This document shows, piece by piece, positions 25,085-38,469 of a stretch of DNA of 64,000 nucleotides. The DNA is taken from NCBI RefSeq assembly GCF_001194135.2, contig NC_069003.1:22942035-23006034 (forward strand), in the 5' to 3' direction. The translations under genes and the position numbers were made by a program. Position 1 is the stretch's first letter. Each line of letters starts with the position of its first letter. The stretch comes from Octopus bimaculoides (taxonomy: Eukaryota). The notes below the pieces were generated by a model. The model worked only from the letters and a program-made list of their open reading frames with translations, made no database searches and was not told where the DNA came from.

Positions 25085-25262
25085 TGATTTGAAATTTTTG
25101 CACAAAGCCAGTAATTTCAGGATAAGGTGGGTAAGTCGATTACATCGACCCCAGAACTCAGCTGGTATTTATTTTATTGAACCCGAAAAGGAAGAAGGCA
25201 AAGTCGACCTCGGCGAAATTTGAACGTAAAGACAGACGAAATGTGTGTAAATAGTAAGGGAA
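25085..25262 (-). mobile_element. SINE family B
   Basis: GTCGATTACATCGACCCC...AAGGCAAAGTCGACCTCGGCGAAATTTGAAC. Confidence 0.85.
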
Positions 25263-25276
25263 TACTCCAAACGTCT

Positions 25277-25612
25277 GTGGAGGCGCAATGGCAGCGGACT
25301 TGCGGTCGTAGGATCGCAGTTTCGATTCCCAGACCGCGCGTCGTGAGTGTTTATTGAGTGAAAACACCTAAAGCTCCACGTGGCTCCGGCAGGGTTTGGT
25401 GGCGAACCCTGCTGTACTCTTCCACCACAACTTTCTCTCATTCTTTCTTCCTGTTTTCTGTTGTGCCTGTATTTCAAAGGGGCCAGCCTTGTCACACATT
25501 GTGTCACGCTGAATATCCCCGAGAACTACGTTAAGGGTACACGTGTCTGTGGAGTGCTCAGCCACTTGCACGTTAATTTCACGAGCAGGCTGTTCCGTTG
25601 TTTCGATCAACG
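25277..25612 (+). mobile_element. SINE family C, 3'-shortened, with 13-bp TSD
   Basis: ACTCCAAACGTCT at 25264-25276 and 25613-25625 flanks a copy lacking the normal terminal segment. Confidence 0.9.
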
Positions 25613-25844
25613 ACTCCAAACGTCTACCGGTTTGCTCTCAGTTAGGTATTCAAAATAGGTTATTCAAGAGTTAATATATAAATCCAATAATATTCTCATA
25701 AGAATTTAGAGATATATTGCGTTGGATAATTCTGAATATATTACCTTAACCATATAGGTTTCCTGGAGTATATAATATCAACAATAATAATAAGGTAATG
25801 CTATGCCACTTAGTATTAATCCTTATTTTATTATTATTGTTGGT

Positions 25845-25882
<38 letters not shown>

Positions 25883-27849
25883 CAAATAATAAATCAGTAT
25901 ATGCATATATAAGTACAAGTATGTGCATACCTACATCTACCTGTATATATAGGTGCATATCTGAGTACAGGACGTTGTAAACAAAACGTAGACAAAAAAA
26001 AAATAATAACCAGAGTACAGAAAACACACAGGCCACATAGAGAACATTTTCCTTCATCAGCTGCCACCATTCTAACACAGGCGTTTCGAAGAGTTAGGGC
26101 AGGACGCATCGTTATATATATGTAGGTATATATGTAGGTATATATATATATATCTGTCCATAGGTTATCAATCAGTTCGATAAATGGTCTGTTGGCATTA
26201 AAACCCTTCAGCTTACATGACCGAAAACCGATGTAATTTTTGTTTCAGGAGGCTATCTGAAGCTGAGTCCTTAAGATAAGCACTAAAATGCAGATGCCAG
26301 ACGAATATAAGGTGGCTATATGAACAGCTCACGTTTTATGACACGTGCGCTGTTTTATCGATTTGTCTTCCGATGTTTTCTCATTTTCCCACAGATTTTT
26401 TGCCGATTTATCGCTTGTGTGCTGTTTTTTAAGTGTACGCTGTACGGATGCTTTAATGGAACCATTTAAATTATCATACTTTACGATAAATGACCAACTA
26501 CAAGCATTAAAAAGAGGTTTTAAACATTTGATAGACTAATTTATAATATATTTGATTTCACTATGGTCGTTTCTAGCAATCATTTTTTTAAAGGGAAACC
26601 TTATTTGTGAAATGTACAATTAAGAGAGAGGGAGAGAGGGGGGGGGGAGAGAAAGAGAGAAAGCCAGTTAGTACGTTGTAAAGGTAGAGTTAAGTGGTTG
26701 TTGTTTGGACCTGCTAAGTTTGCATCCAATGTAAATAATTTGCCGTACCTGTATAACTACTTGATTCTGAACGACAAAAAGCATACGATGAAGTATCTTA
26801 TATACATACATAGATACATACANNNNNNNNNNNNNNNNNNNNNNNNNNNNNNNNNNNNNNNNNNNNNNNNNNNNNNNNNNNNNNNNNNNNNNNNNNNNNN
26901 NNNNNNNNNNNNNNNNNNNNNNNNNNNNNNNNNNNNNNNNNNNNNNNNNNNNNNNNNNNNNNNNNNNNNNNNNNNNNNNNNNNNNNNNNNNNNNNNNNNN
27001 NNNNNNNNNNNNNNNNNNNNNNNNNNNNNNNNNNNNNNNNNNNNNNNNNNNNNNNNNNNNNNNNNNNNNNNNNNNNNNNNNNNNNNNNNNNNNNNNNNNN
27101 NNNNNNNNNNNNNNNNNNNNNNNNNNNNNNNNNNNNNNNNNNNNNNNNNNNNNNNNNNNNNNNNNNNNNNNNNNNNNNNNNNNNNNNNNNNNNNNNNNNN
27201 NNNNNNNNNNNNNNNNNNNNNNNNNNNNNNNNNNNNNNNNNNNNNNNNNNNNNNNNNNNNNNNNNNNNNNNNNNNNNNNNNNNNNNNNNNNNNNNNNNNN
27301 NNNNNNNNNNNNNNNNNNNNNNNNNNNNNNNNNNNNNNNNNNNNNNNNNNNNNNNNNNNNNNNNNNNNNNNNNNNNNNNNNNNNNNNNNNNNNNNNNNNN
27401 NNNNNNNNNNNNNNNNNNNNNNNNNNNNNNNNNNNNNNNNNNNNNNNNNNNNNNNNNNNNNNNNNNNNNNNNNNNNNNNNNNNNNNNNNNNNNNNNNNNN
27501 NNNNNNNNNNNNNNNNNNNNNNNNNNNNNNNNNNNNNNNNNNNNNNNNNNNNNNNNNNNNNNNNNNNNNNNNNNNNNNNNNNNNNNNNNNNNNNNNNNNN
27601 NNNNNNNNNNNNNNNNNNNNNNNNNNNNNNNNNNNNNNNNNNNNNNNNNNNNNNNNNNNNNNNNNNNNNTATATATATATATATATATATATCGCAAGTT
27701 AACTATAAGTTCCTACACTACATGTTTGGTACTTATTTTAATGAACTTGAAGAAATGAAAGTCTAAGTTGAGTGCGACAAAGTTCTAACAGTGCTTTTTG
27801 TAACATTAGCTCTGATTTTAGCAAGTGGCATTATATACCCTACTGAATC

Positions 27850-28290
27850 AAAATTTCCTTATATTGTGCCTGTAACGGTGTGAACTTGCTAGCCACCTTT
27901 ACCTTATCAATAATATTGATAACGGCAGCAACATATATATTCCTTCCCATGCCTGACATCTCTTATGTCCCTGCCGTAAGGCTTCACTTCCACACATGCC
28001 TGCTTAATTTAATTCGTCCTTAGTCGAAAGGCAGCTGTTGTTTGTAGTTGTGTACCATTTCTCCGTTTTTTCCCCGTCCTTGTTCTCGTATACATTCGCT
28101 GCTTTCTTCCAAGGAATCTAAGGCTCTTAGCTTAGATTTTCCTTGGGGCTGGCCAGATTGGAGCAGTCTCGAGTATAACCAGCCGAAACTGCAAAGATAA
28201 TCTGGAACTCGACTGACGAAAGAAAACTCCTTGTTTTTTTTGTCCCTTTTTGTATCATCTAACTGTCTGGATGTCTTGTCGCCTGTTGCG
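27850..28290 (-). mobile_element. Decayed Penelope-like GIY-YIG fragment
   Basis: Minus-strand MVHNYKQQLPFD*GRIKLSRHVWK and VKPYG resemble PLE RYNNHKxSF..TxLSKHVWxLK..KPY. Confidence 0.4.
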
Positions 28291-28307
28291 TTCTTGTGCC
28301 ATTTTTT

Positions 28308-28344
<37 letters not shown>

Positions 28345-29524
28345 NNNNNNNNNNNNNNNNNNNNNNNNNNNNNNNNNNNNNNNNNNNNNNNNNNNNNNNN
28401 NNNNNNNNNNNNNNNNNNNNNNNNNNNNNNNNNNNNNNNNNNNNNNNNNNNNNNNNNNNNNNNNNNNNNNNNNNNNNNNNNNNNNNNNNNNNNNNNNNNN
28501 NNNNNNNNNNNNNNNNNNNNNNNNNNNNNNNNNNNNNNNNNNNNNNNNNNNNNNNNNNNNNNNNNNNNNNNNNNNNNNNNNNNNNNNNNNNNNNNNNNNN
28601 NNNNNNNNNNNNNNNNNNNNNNNNNNNNNNNNNNNNNNNNNNNNNNNNNNNNNNNNNNNNNNNNNNNNNNNNNNNNNNNNNNNNNNNNNNNNNNNNNNNN
28701 NNNNNNNNNNNNNNNNNNNNNNNNNNNNNNNNNNACATACATATATATACAAATGAAATGCAAGAAAATTATACAGTACTTGCACTAGATACAATAATAA
28801 ATGGTGTCACACCTCGCACCTACTTGCAGCTAGTTAGAATGGTGAAAAATGATAGTAAAACTATTCGTACTTAGAAGGGGGGGGGGCAACACGAATGATT
28901 AATATATTTGTAGTGGAATGTTTTTCAACCACGCTGCTGTTATCATTTAAATAATTTCAGTGGCGTAGGCTAGAGAATTTGTATGTGATAAACAAAACTG
29001 TAGGTTGACGTCATATTGATGGAAAATTATATTTCCTTCGCGCCCTTCCTCCGCTACCACAATGACTACCAGCGCCACCACCGTCAACATTGTCATTTCC
29101 GTTAACCAAAATATTTGCCTTCTTAACGTAATATTTGCATAATTCGCTAACTGAATGTCACGCAGACATCAGCCGAAATATCGACCGGGGTTTTAGGTAG
29201 TGTATTGATTTCTACGGAAGTCTTTTGGTTTAAAAATAGCTGGCTAACATCAATTTACTAGTTAGTAGTGCTACAAGTGGTGTGAGGAGTAAATGTGGAA
29301 TTATAAGGTCAGCCGTAAGAAAGGTAAAAGTAGAAATTAAAAAACATAAAAAAATAAAATGAAAACATTAAAATATTTCCTGAGATAAGTTATTCGCATT
29401 TCTTTTATGATTTTTATTGCCAACAATTCTAATTCAATCCGTTCTTCATTTTATTCTAGTCTGTCTCTCGTTTTCTGTCTTTCTCAGTGTATAAATATGT
29501 GTACAGATACAAACACACGCACAG

Positions 29525-29579
<55 letters not shown>

Positions 29580-29974
29580 CAGAGTCACATACACATATAG
29601 AAATGTGCGTGTAAGTATAGGTATATATATATATANNNNNNNNNNNNNNNNNNNNNNNNNNNNNNNNNNNNNNNNNNNNNNNNNNNNNNNNNNNNNNNNN
29701 NNNNNNNNNNNNNNNNNNNNNNNNNNNNNNNNNNNNNNNNNNNNNNNNNNNNNNNNNNNNNNNNNNNNNNNNNNNNNNNNNNNNNNNNNNNNNNNNNNNN
29801 NNNNNNNNNNNNNNNNNNNNNNNNNNNNNNNNNNNNNNNNNNNNNNNNNNNNNNNNNNNNNNNNNNNNNNNNNNNNNNNNNNNNNNNNNNNNNNNNNNNN
29901 NNNNNNNNNNNNNNNNNNNNNNNNNNNNNNNNNNNNNNNNNNNNNNNNNNNNNNNNNNNNNNNNNNNNNNNNNN

Positions 29975-30077
<103 letters not shown>

Positions 30078-30127
30078 TATATATACATATATATATATAT
30101 ACACACACACACATACACATATAGGTG

Positions 30128-30168
<41 letters not shown>

Positions 30169-30258
30169 ATGTGTGTATGAGTGTGTGTGCGTCTGTGTGC
30201 ATGCATACATACATACATACATACATATGTATGAATATATGTATGAATGCATGTTTGG

Positions 30259-30299
<41 letters not shown>

Positions 30300-30300
<1 letters not shown>

Positions 30301-30641
30301 CTGTAGGCGCTGCTGTGATTAGAGAAGCTTGCTTCCTAACCATGCGGTCTTGGCTTCAATTCCGCTGGGAGGCACCTTGAGCAAGAGTGGATTTGGTGAA
30401 CGGAAGCTGAAAAAAGTCCACCGTGTATGTGATGGACTCTTCCGTCGAAGACGACGTATGAATGTACTGCCGAACGACCTGCACAAATGGTTTGTTTATA
30501 GCGATCAAATGTGTGTGCTGCACTTTAGTTCACTCCCTCAATCAAATCGATGTTGTCTGGACAGGTGAACTGTGTTCCACACGTCAGGTGTCGAAGTGAT
30601 CGAAGTGCAACGCGAGATGAAGTGCTTTGCTCGTATGTATG

Positions 30642-30676
<35 letters not shown>

Positions 30677-30830
30677 GTGCTCGCAACTTAGCGGTTTTGT
30701 AGAAGAAACCGATAGAATGAGTAGCAGGCTTAAGAACTAAATACTGGGGTCGATTCATTCGACAAAAAATCCATGAAGTCCATCGTAGTTTAATGAGTAA
30801 AAGAAGTAAAAGATAAAAAATAAAAGATAC
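30300..30830 (+). mobile_element. Decayed family-A-like SINE
   Basis: GAGAAGCTTGCTTCCTAACCATGCGG...GGCACCTTGAGCAAG...AACTTAGCGGTTTTGTAGAAGAAACCGATAGAATGAGTA. Confidence 0.7.
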
Positions 30831-30984
30831 ATACACATGCACACACACACACACACACATATATATATACATGTATAGACACACACACACACATATATAT
30901 ACATGTATAGACACACACACATGCACATACACACACATGCATACACATGCACACACACACACATGTACTCACTTAGACATAAGC

Positions 30985-31144
30985 GTAGAAGTGGGTGTGT
31001 AGTAATTAGCTTGCTTACGAAACACATGGTTCCGGGTTCAGTCCCACTGCGTGGCACCTTGGGCAAGTGTCTTCTATCAAAGCCTCGGGCCGACAAAAGC
31101 CTTGTGAGTGGATTTGGTTGACGGAAACCGAAAGAAGCCCGTCG

Positions 31145-31192
<48 letters not shown>

Positions 31193-31415
31193 CTTGTGTG
31201 TCTGTGTTTGTCCCTCCAACGTCGATTGACAACCGATACTGGTGTGTTTACGTCCCCGTGACCTAGCGGTTCGGTAAAAGAGACCGATAGAATAAGTACT
31301 AGGCTTCCAAAGAATAAGTCCTGGGGTCGAATTGCTCGACTAAAAGGCGGTGCTCCAGCATGGTCACAGTCGAATGACTGAAACAAGTAAAAGAGTAAAA
31401 GAGTTAAAGAGTAAG
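30985..31415 (+). mobile_element. SINE family A
   Basis: Family-A head, internal TA/TG microsatellite and tail GAATGACTGAAACAAGTAAAAGAG. Confidence 0.92.
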
Positions 31416-31665
31416 AGTATAAATAAACATATACACACAAAACAATATAAATGCAAAACCAAATCCTGTTTAAATCTGTTACTTGTATCAGTCTTTTGAC
31501 TGTGGCCATGCTGGGGCACCGCCTTGAANNNNNNNNNNNNNNNNNNNNNNNNNNNNNNNNNNNNNNNNNNNNNNNNNNNNNNNNNNNNNNNNNNNNNNNN
31601 NNNNNNNNNNNNNNNNNNNNNNNNNNNNNNNNNNNNNNNNNNNNNNNNNNNNNNNNNNNNNNNNA

Positions 31666-31925
31666 TCAGCAAATAGTTGATTCACCACATACCGAAGTTC
31701 AGAAATAGCAGCTAAAAAGCTTTTTAGCTGCTATTTCTGAACTTCGGTATGTGGTGAAGCAACTATTTGCTGATCCCTTAATTATGTTTATAAATGTATA
31801 AGAACTTTTAAATAAGTTCTCCACCGATAATGGTGTTTAAATACCGAAGGGCTTGGTAAAATTATTAATTGTTAATTTATTAATAAATTGATAAACCTTT
31901 ACCCTTTTAATTGTAAATATATATA
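31666..31925 (-). mobile_element. Fold-back family copy with ~110-bp palindrome
   Basis: ATCAGCAAATAGTTG..CAGCTAAAAAGCTTTTTAGCTG..CAACTATTTGCTGAT centred on AAAAAGCTTTTT. The remainder is the reverse complement of 11843-12010. Confidence 0.85.
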
Positions 31926-32119
31926 TATATCCATATCCATGCATACCAGGTATTAGGCATATGTACACGCACATGTATACATATAGTTATACACGTGTAC
32001 AAATACATACATGTACATATACATACAAGAAATATAACGAAGGTGACGATGTAATCCACTTACCTCCGTCCCCGTAATTGTTTGTCTTGTACCAAAATTT
32101 GAAATCAATATTTAAGACT

Positions 32120-32345
32120 TAAGAAGGTGGCGAGCGTGAAGAATCGTTAGCATGCTGGGCAAAATGCTTAGCGGTATTTCATCCGTTCGTTCTGAGTTCA
32201 AATTCCGCTGAGGTTGACTTTGCTTTTCACCCTTTCGGGGTCAATGATAAAATAAGTACCAGTTGAGCACTGAGGTTGGTGTAATCGACTTACCCCTTAC
32301 CCCGAAATTACTGGCTCTGTGCTAAAATTTGAAACCAATATAACA
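32120..32345 (+). mobile_element. SINE family B
   Basis: Family-B head, core and tail GTGCTAAAATTTGAAACCAATAT. Confidence 0.88.
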
Positions 32346-32404
32346 AATATTATTAAGGCGGGTGCGCTGGCGGAATCGTTTGTCGACCGGGCAAAATGCT
32401 CGGC

Positions 32405-33263
32405 ATACCATATTGTCGCAACAAGTTCAAGTAAATGGGACCAGTTACAATAGCCTCAAAAAAGAATTGTCCAGTTGATCCTTTTGATGCTAAGCCGCAC
32501 CATTCTGTAACTTCTAATTAATTAACTTGATGTTCCTCCGTAATATGCAAATTATTGGGTGCCCAGTCGGTGCAATTGTGGTGGTTGAGCCATGCAGTTC
32601 ACCACTCCAAATAATCTTTGTTGAAAAGTGTGTCTCTTTTACACATCTTGGTAAATGCCCCACACAAAACTCCACTCTTCGGTCTGGATCACCTTCATTG
32701 AAAGCATGGACTATTCTTGGAATGTAACTTTTCCAACGACAGCGCTTCAAAATGTGATGGACGCTTGATTTTGAAATTCAGATTTTGACACCTTAGGTTT
32801 AAAATAATTACTAGCCCCCTCGCCGCCTTTTGTTTTGAACATTTGTAAATACCTCCCCGCGACAATTTTTTTCTAATAATAGTAGTAATCGCCAACAACC
32901 TACCACTGACCATAGGGAGGTAGGGTATCACATTTCTTTACTAGATGTCAATACTGTTCACCCGTGGTACGAACCAACAATAACTTAAGGTTGATGGCTT
33001 ATAATAGATGACTTAGTTCTTTAATAATGCCACATTAACTAATTTCCATCCCCCACTTCCTTTTTCTTTGACATTTGGTTTGTTTCCACTCTGAAGAAGA
33101 TAGCCTAGGAAAGAGGTTCCTATATTTTCAGTGGATCAGTTGATCGACTGATAAGATGGAACCATGAACACACTCAAACGTATATCTGAAACAACTGTAA
33201 GCCTATAATAAATAAATAAATGTATATAACCCATTATTTCTGCCTATTTTATGTATCACTCTG
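32405..33263 (-). mobile_element. Tc1/mariner-superfamily transposon relic (maT/rosa-like transposase)
   Basis: [31 protein letters not shown] and [15 protein letters not shown] match the Tc1/mariner catalytic-domain start. Putative TIR TA|CAGAGTGATACATAAAA at 33263. Confidence 0.75.
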
Positions 33264-33352
33264 TAAAAACTTACCATCTTGTCTTATTAACGGTTCCAAT
33301 GATTTACAAATTTGATTAGTGACGTATTTTGGTTTCGGATTACCTGAAGTAC

Positions 33353-33465
33353 AACTTTTAGGTGTTTTCGCTCAATAAACACTCACAACGCCCGGTCTGG
33401 GAATCGAAACCGCGATCCTATGACCGCGAGTTCGCTGCCTAACCACTGGGCCATTGCGCCTCCCC
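33353..33465 (-). mobile_element. SINE family C head fragment
   Basis: GGAGGCGCAATGGCCCAGTGGTTAGGCAGCG...GTTTCGATTCCCAGACCGGGCG on minus. Confidence 0.88.
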
Positions 33466-34094
33466 TACATACATACATACATACATACATACATGCATGC
33501 ATGCCTGCATATATACATATGTATGAATATATATACGTATGTACGCATGTTTGGCTCTGTGTGTGTGAGAGTGTATGCGTGTGTGTGTGCATATGTGTGT
33601 GTGTGTGTGAGAGAGAGAGAGTGTGTATGTGTAAATGGATACAAGAGTGGGCATACTAAATTTTTCGCTCGTTCAAAGAAAATGATTCACTCTGTCAATG
33701 CAAAAGAAAACAAAAGAGTTGGATGGAACAGCTTGTTCATGGGATTCAGGGACATAAAACATGGAAGTAGTCATTTCACTATTCACCACTTTTTGTCAGG
33801 TCGTAAAGGTCGGAGTCTGTTTAAACGTAAGGCCGACGAATTGTAGATGGGTTGGATGATTACTGTAGTAATGAGCAGTCTACTTGTTACTTGTACTGAA
33901 TGAGAGAGACATCACTCTGTAAGAGATGATGGTGGACAGTATACGGTGTAATATAATAAAGACGTTAATGATTAGTCTCTTAGTACTGCAAGTTGCCTGT
34001 CGCCAAAGGTTAATGCGGTTGGTTGTAGAGTAGCAAAACGGTCGCTAGTTGTTTTTCTTTAGCATGAATTTGTTACATCTTAACATATAGATAG

Positions 34095-34500
34095 CGTATC
34101 AGATTTTATATTTTGAAGGTTCCATAACATCAAAATGTTTATTTGCTGACCAAACATGCGGTGTATCACTTGAGTCCATTTGAATTTAAAGTTGTGGTTT
34201 CAAATACGTTCCATTTTATAGGAAAGTTATCAATTCCATCCTTCTTCATTTCTAAATGGACGGAAAGAGAAGTCGAGTTAATTCTATGCAAGTGTGCTAC
34301 ATGTCTGTTTTGGATTGCTTTCTTCATGAGCCCTACATTGTTCTTTTTCGGTTTTAACAACAGATATTTCCTGCTTTGATGGCTAGCCAAGTATCATGGA
34401 GGCCATCAAATTAATTAAATATTAATCGAATTTGTGACGGTAATACAACGATAATGCTATCCAATAAAACAAAATCATTGATGTGTTTTATTACATTTCC
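34095..34500 (-). mobile_element. Penelope-like element GIY-YIG endonuclease fragment
   Basis: NVGLMKKAIQNRHVAHL..NSTSLSVHLEMKKDGI..IKWNVFETTTLNSNGLK matches PLE YIGLTxxxFKxRYxNH..NSTxLSKHIWxLK..IxWxI..YxNGxKxCxLC. Confidence 0.7.
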
Positions 34501-34844
34501 TCACATCCCATCCGTTAAAAATGCCAGCACCTATTGTTCTAGTGTGTATCGATTCAACAATCTGAATTAATAAATTAACAGAATAAAGTTCCTTTTTAGG
34601 CAATGTTTCGAATCGTGTGCAATAGAAATTCCACCTTCTGTATCGTATGCAATAGAAACTTGTATGTATCGTATGCAGCAGAAATTACGTTTTAAGTGAA
34701 AAACTGTTATATGATTTAGATAACTGCTTGCTTGTTCTGAATTGTTTTTGGAGGTATTTTACCGACTGCAGGTTAGATGTATCTAATGTAGAAATACCAT
34801 ATTAAAAAAAAAATCATCTTCTGAAATCATACCTTAGTAGTTTT

Positions 34845-36180
34845 TGAAATATTGGTTTCAAATTTCTGCACAAGGCCATCCATTTTGGGTGAGGGGTAAA
34901 GTCGATTGCATCGACCCCAGTACTCAACTGGTACTTATTTTATCAACTCCCAAAAGGGTGAAAGGTAAAGTCGACCTCAGCGGAATTTGAAATCAGTGGT
35001 ATTTTAGACGGGCGAAATGCCGCTAAGCATTTCCCCCCCAGTATGCTAACAATTGTGCCATCTCGCCACCTTGTAGTTTTGAAATATTGGTTTGAAATTT
35101 TGGTGGCACAACACCAACAATTTCGGGTGAGGAGTTAAGTCGATTAGATCGACCCCAGTGCTCAACTGGTACTTATTTTATCAACTCCCAAAAGGGTGAA
35201 AGGTAAAGTCGNNNNNNNNNNNNNNNNNNNNNNNNNNNNNNNNNNNNNNNNNNNNNNNNNNNNNNNNNNNNNNNNNNNNNNNNNNNNNNNNNNNNNNNNN
35301 NNNNNNNNNNNNNNNNNNNNNNNNNNNNNNNNNNNNNNNNNNNNNNNNNNNNNNNNNNNNNNNNNNNNNNNNNNNNNNNNNNNNNNNNNNNNNNNNNNNN
35401 NNNNNNNNNNNNNNNNNNNNNNNNNNNNNNNNNNNNNNNNNNNNNNNNNNNNCCCCCCAGTATGCTAACAATTGTGCCATCTCGCCACCTTGTAGTTTTG
35501 AAATATTGGTTTGAAATTTTGGTGGCACAACACCAACAATTTCGGGTGAGGAGCTAAGTCGATTAGATCGATCCCAGTGCTCAACTGGTACTTATTTCAT
35601 CGACCCCGAAAGGGACGAAAGGCAAAGTCAACTCCGATGCATCTGAACTCGGAACGTTCAGATGGACGAAATGCCACTTAACATTTAACCCGGTGTGCTA
35701 ACGATTCTAGCAACTCGCCACCTTATCAACAGTTGTGATAATCCTTTCTACTGAAGGTACAAGGCCTGAAACTTGGTGGGAGGGGACTAGTTGATTACAT
35801 CGACCCCCAGTGTTCTATTATCGACCTCGAACTGATGAAAGGCAAAGTCGATCTCGGCGGAATTTGATCTCAGAACGTAAAGACGGATCAAATGCCGCTA
35901 AGCGTTCCGCCCGGTGTGCTAATGATTCTGCCGGCTCGTCATCTTATCGGCAGTTGTTACAATGGTTTCAAATTTTAGCACACGTCCAGCTATTTCGGGG
36001 CATGAGTAAGTCGATTACAATCGATCCCACTACTCAAATGGTATTATCTTATCCGTCCCCGATATGATGAAAGGCTACGTCGACATTGGTGGAATTTGAA
36101 CACAGAACGTCAAAACAGACGAAATGCCGCTAAGCATTTCGCCCGGTATGCTAATGATTCTGTCAGCTCGTTATCTTGAA
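34845..36180 (-). mobile_element. Head-to-tail array of at least 5 family-B SINEs (period ~220-240 bp)
   Basis: Repeating tail-core-head units starting near 34850, 35080, 35500, 35750 and 35965. Confidence 0.9.
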
Positions 36181-36821
36181 GTTTTGAAATTAAAAAAAAG
36201 GAAATGTATTCACCTCGACATAATTCATTAAGTTTAATGAAGCACAGAGGAACGAAATGCATGTTAAACATAAACGAAAAATTTTGGACTCAAAACTCAA
36301 TAAATTTTATCTAAATATTTAGTGTAAGGCATCTTGAGAAACACTTTTCGTTTTTCGGACATTCCATTGCCATTAAGTCAACAATATAACAGCGATCTTA
36401 ACTCAAGGAGCATAAAAAAATTATAGTTTTTTATCTTGAAGATTTTACGCACAAATATTTGGTTTGCATCTAAGAAGGAAGAGGGGAGTTAATCATGATT
36501 CTTGAAGGTGTTCCCAGACGTATGAGGCATTGCGTTTGATTTTCAATTTGAACTTGTGTAGATAGATTTCTTCTGGGGAAAAAAGGCTGTCAGCGAATGA
36601 TTGCCAATAGAAGAATGATTGAAACAAAATGATAACGAGAGAAAACAAGATTGAGGGGCAACACTATAGGATTATGGAATGTAAAGGAGGGACCAACAAG
36701 AAAGCTCTCTAGTGAGCAAGAGCATAATTCATAAGTTGCATGGAAAGAGAGAAAGAGAGAGCGAGAAAGTAAGTGTGTGTGTGCGTGAGAGAGAGAGAGA
36801 GAGAGAGAGGAAGAGATATAT

Positions 36822-36876
<55 letters not shown>

Positions 36877-37630
36877 AAGAGATATATAGAAAGAGATAGA
36901 GAGAGGAGACGAGAGAACTGAAAGTCGTAGTGGTATGAAACCTGAATCACAAGAAAAAAAGTTGCAATTTGAATGGAGGATATATTCTCTCCACTCCCCA
37001 CTATATCNNNNNNNNNNNNNNNNNNNNNNNNNNNNNNNNNNNNNNNNNNNNNNNNNNNNNNNNNNNNNNNNNNNNNNNNNNNNNNNNNNNNNNNNNNNNN
37101 NNNNNNNNNNNNNNNNNNNNNNNNNNNNNNNNNNNNNNNNNNNNNNNNNNNNNNNNNNNNNNNNNNNNNNNNNNNNNNNNNNNNNNNNNNNNNNNNNNNN
37201 NNNNNNNNNNNNNNNNNNNNNNNNNNNNNNNNNNNNNNNNNNNNNNNNNNNNNNNNNNNNNNNNNNNNNNNNNNNNNNNNNNNNNNNNNNATATATATAT
37301 ATATATAAATATATATATATGTAAATGATATATAAATATATGCATATATACATATATGTACATACCTACATATATATATGTATATATACATGCATATATG
37401 GGTAGTTATATACATATACTAGTGAGTGGACAAACGAAAGGGCACTCAACACATTTATTGGGAGTTATATGTATGAATCAAACTGTTTTCTTCCATATAT
37501 GTGTGTGTGTGTGTGTGTGTGTGTAATATGACACATGCAAGTGCAAACATAGCCATTGAGGAACACGTAAATGTGTGTGTATACATCCATGTTACTTGTT
37601 TCAGTCATTTGACTGCGGCTACACACACTC

Positions 37631-37689
<59 letters not shown>

Positions 37690-38319
37690 ATTTATATATT
37701 ATTTCAGGACATATTTTTTCCAGCGTATATACAGAGGAAGGATATATGATTATGTTTATGTCGATATATTTTATATTATCTTTTCTAGCTTTTCTAAATG
37801 TCAAGCACCAAAATGTACTGTTTGTATTTTAAAATTTAACGAGCAAAAACTGAAAGGACGTACGCTACATAAAATCAAAATAAGTACATCTAACAACAAT
37901 AATAATAGTTATAAATTTTGGCGTAAGGCCAGCAATTTTGGAGAGGGATCTGTCAACCCTAGATTGGAATCTTTTTGGTTTTCGTCACTGTTTACAATTA
38001 TCTATAATTTTTTTTAATGTATCATATAGATACATTTTTGACGATGAATCCGAATTTGTTATTCATTTATTCTAGAAAAATTTTTCAAAAATGTTACAGG
38101 TTTTCAAAGTTTGATAGTTTTCAGAATTTTCAGCCAATCAGAAAACAGCGCGTTTGCTGCCGCTTCCATCATCCGGTGGGTATCGGCATGTCAAAACAAT
38201 CAACTAGCTGCAGTAAACTGAAAAACATGAAAACATTCCCGAGCAAATTAAATATTTAAAAGCTACGAACAAACCAACACTATAAAAAAACACTGATGAT
38301 AACAATAATAATAATAATA

Positions 38320-38465
38320 ATCCGTTCTAGTACAGGCACATGACCCGAACATTTGTGGGAGGGGAATTGTCGATTATATCGACCCCAGTGCTCGACTAGT
38401 ACATATTTTATCGACCACAAAGGATGAACTTCAAAGTATACGTCGGCGGAATTTGACGTTAGATT
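38320..38465 (-). mobile_element. SINE family B, 5'-truncated
   Basis: GTCGATTATATCGACCCCAGTGCTC...GGCGGAATTTGA. Confidence 0.8.
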
Positions 38466-38469
38466 TTGG

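Noticed and set aside
28160-28230. CAGCCGAAAC and CTGACGA motifs
   Set aside because: Order and spacing do not yield stems I-III.
33086-33134. CCACT-CTGAAGA..GAAA..TTC-AGTGG as a hammerhead
   Set aside because: No credible stem II or stem III; lies in the 5' region of the Tc1/mariner relic.
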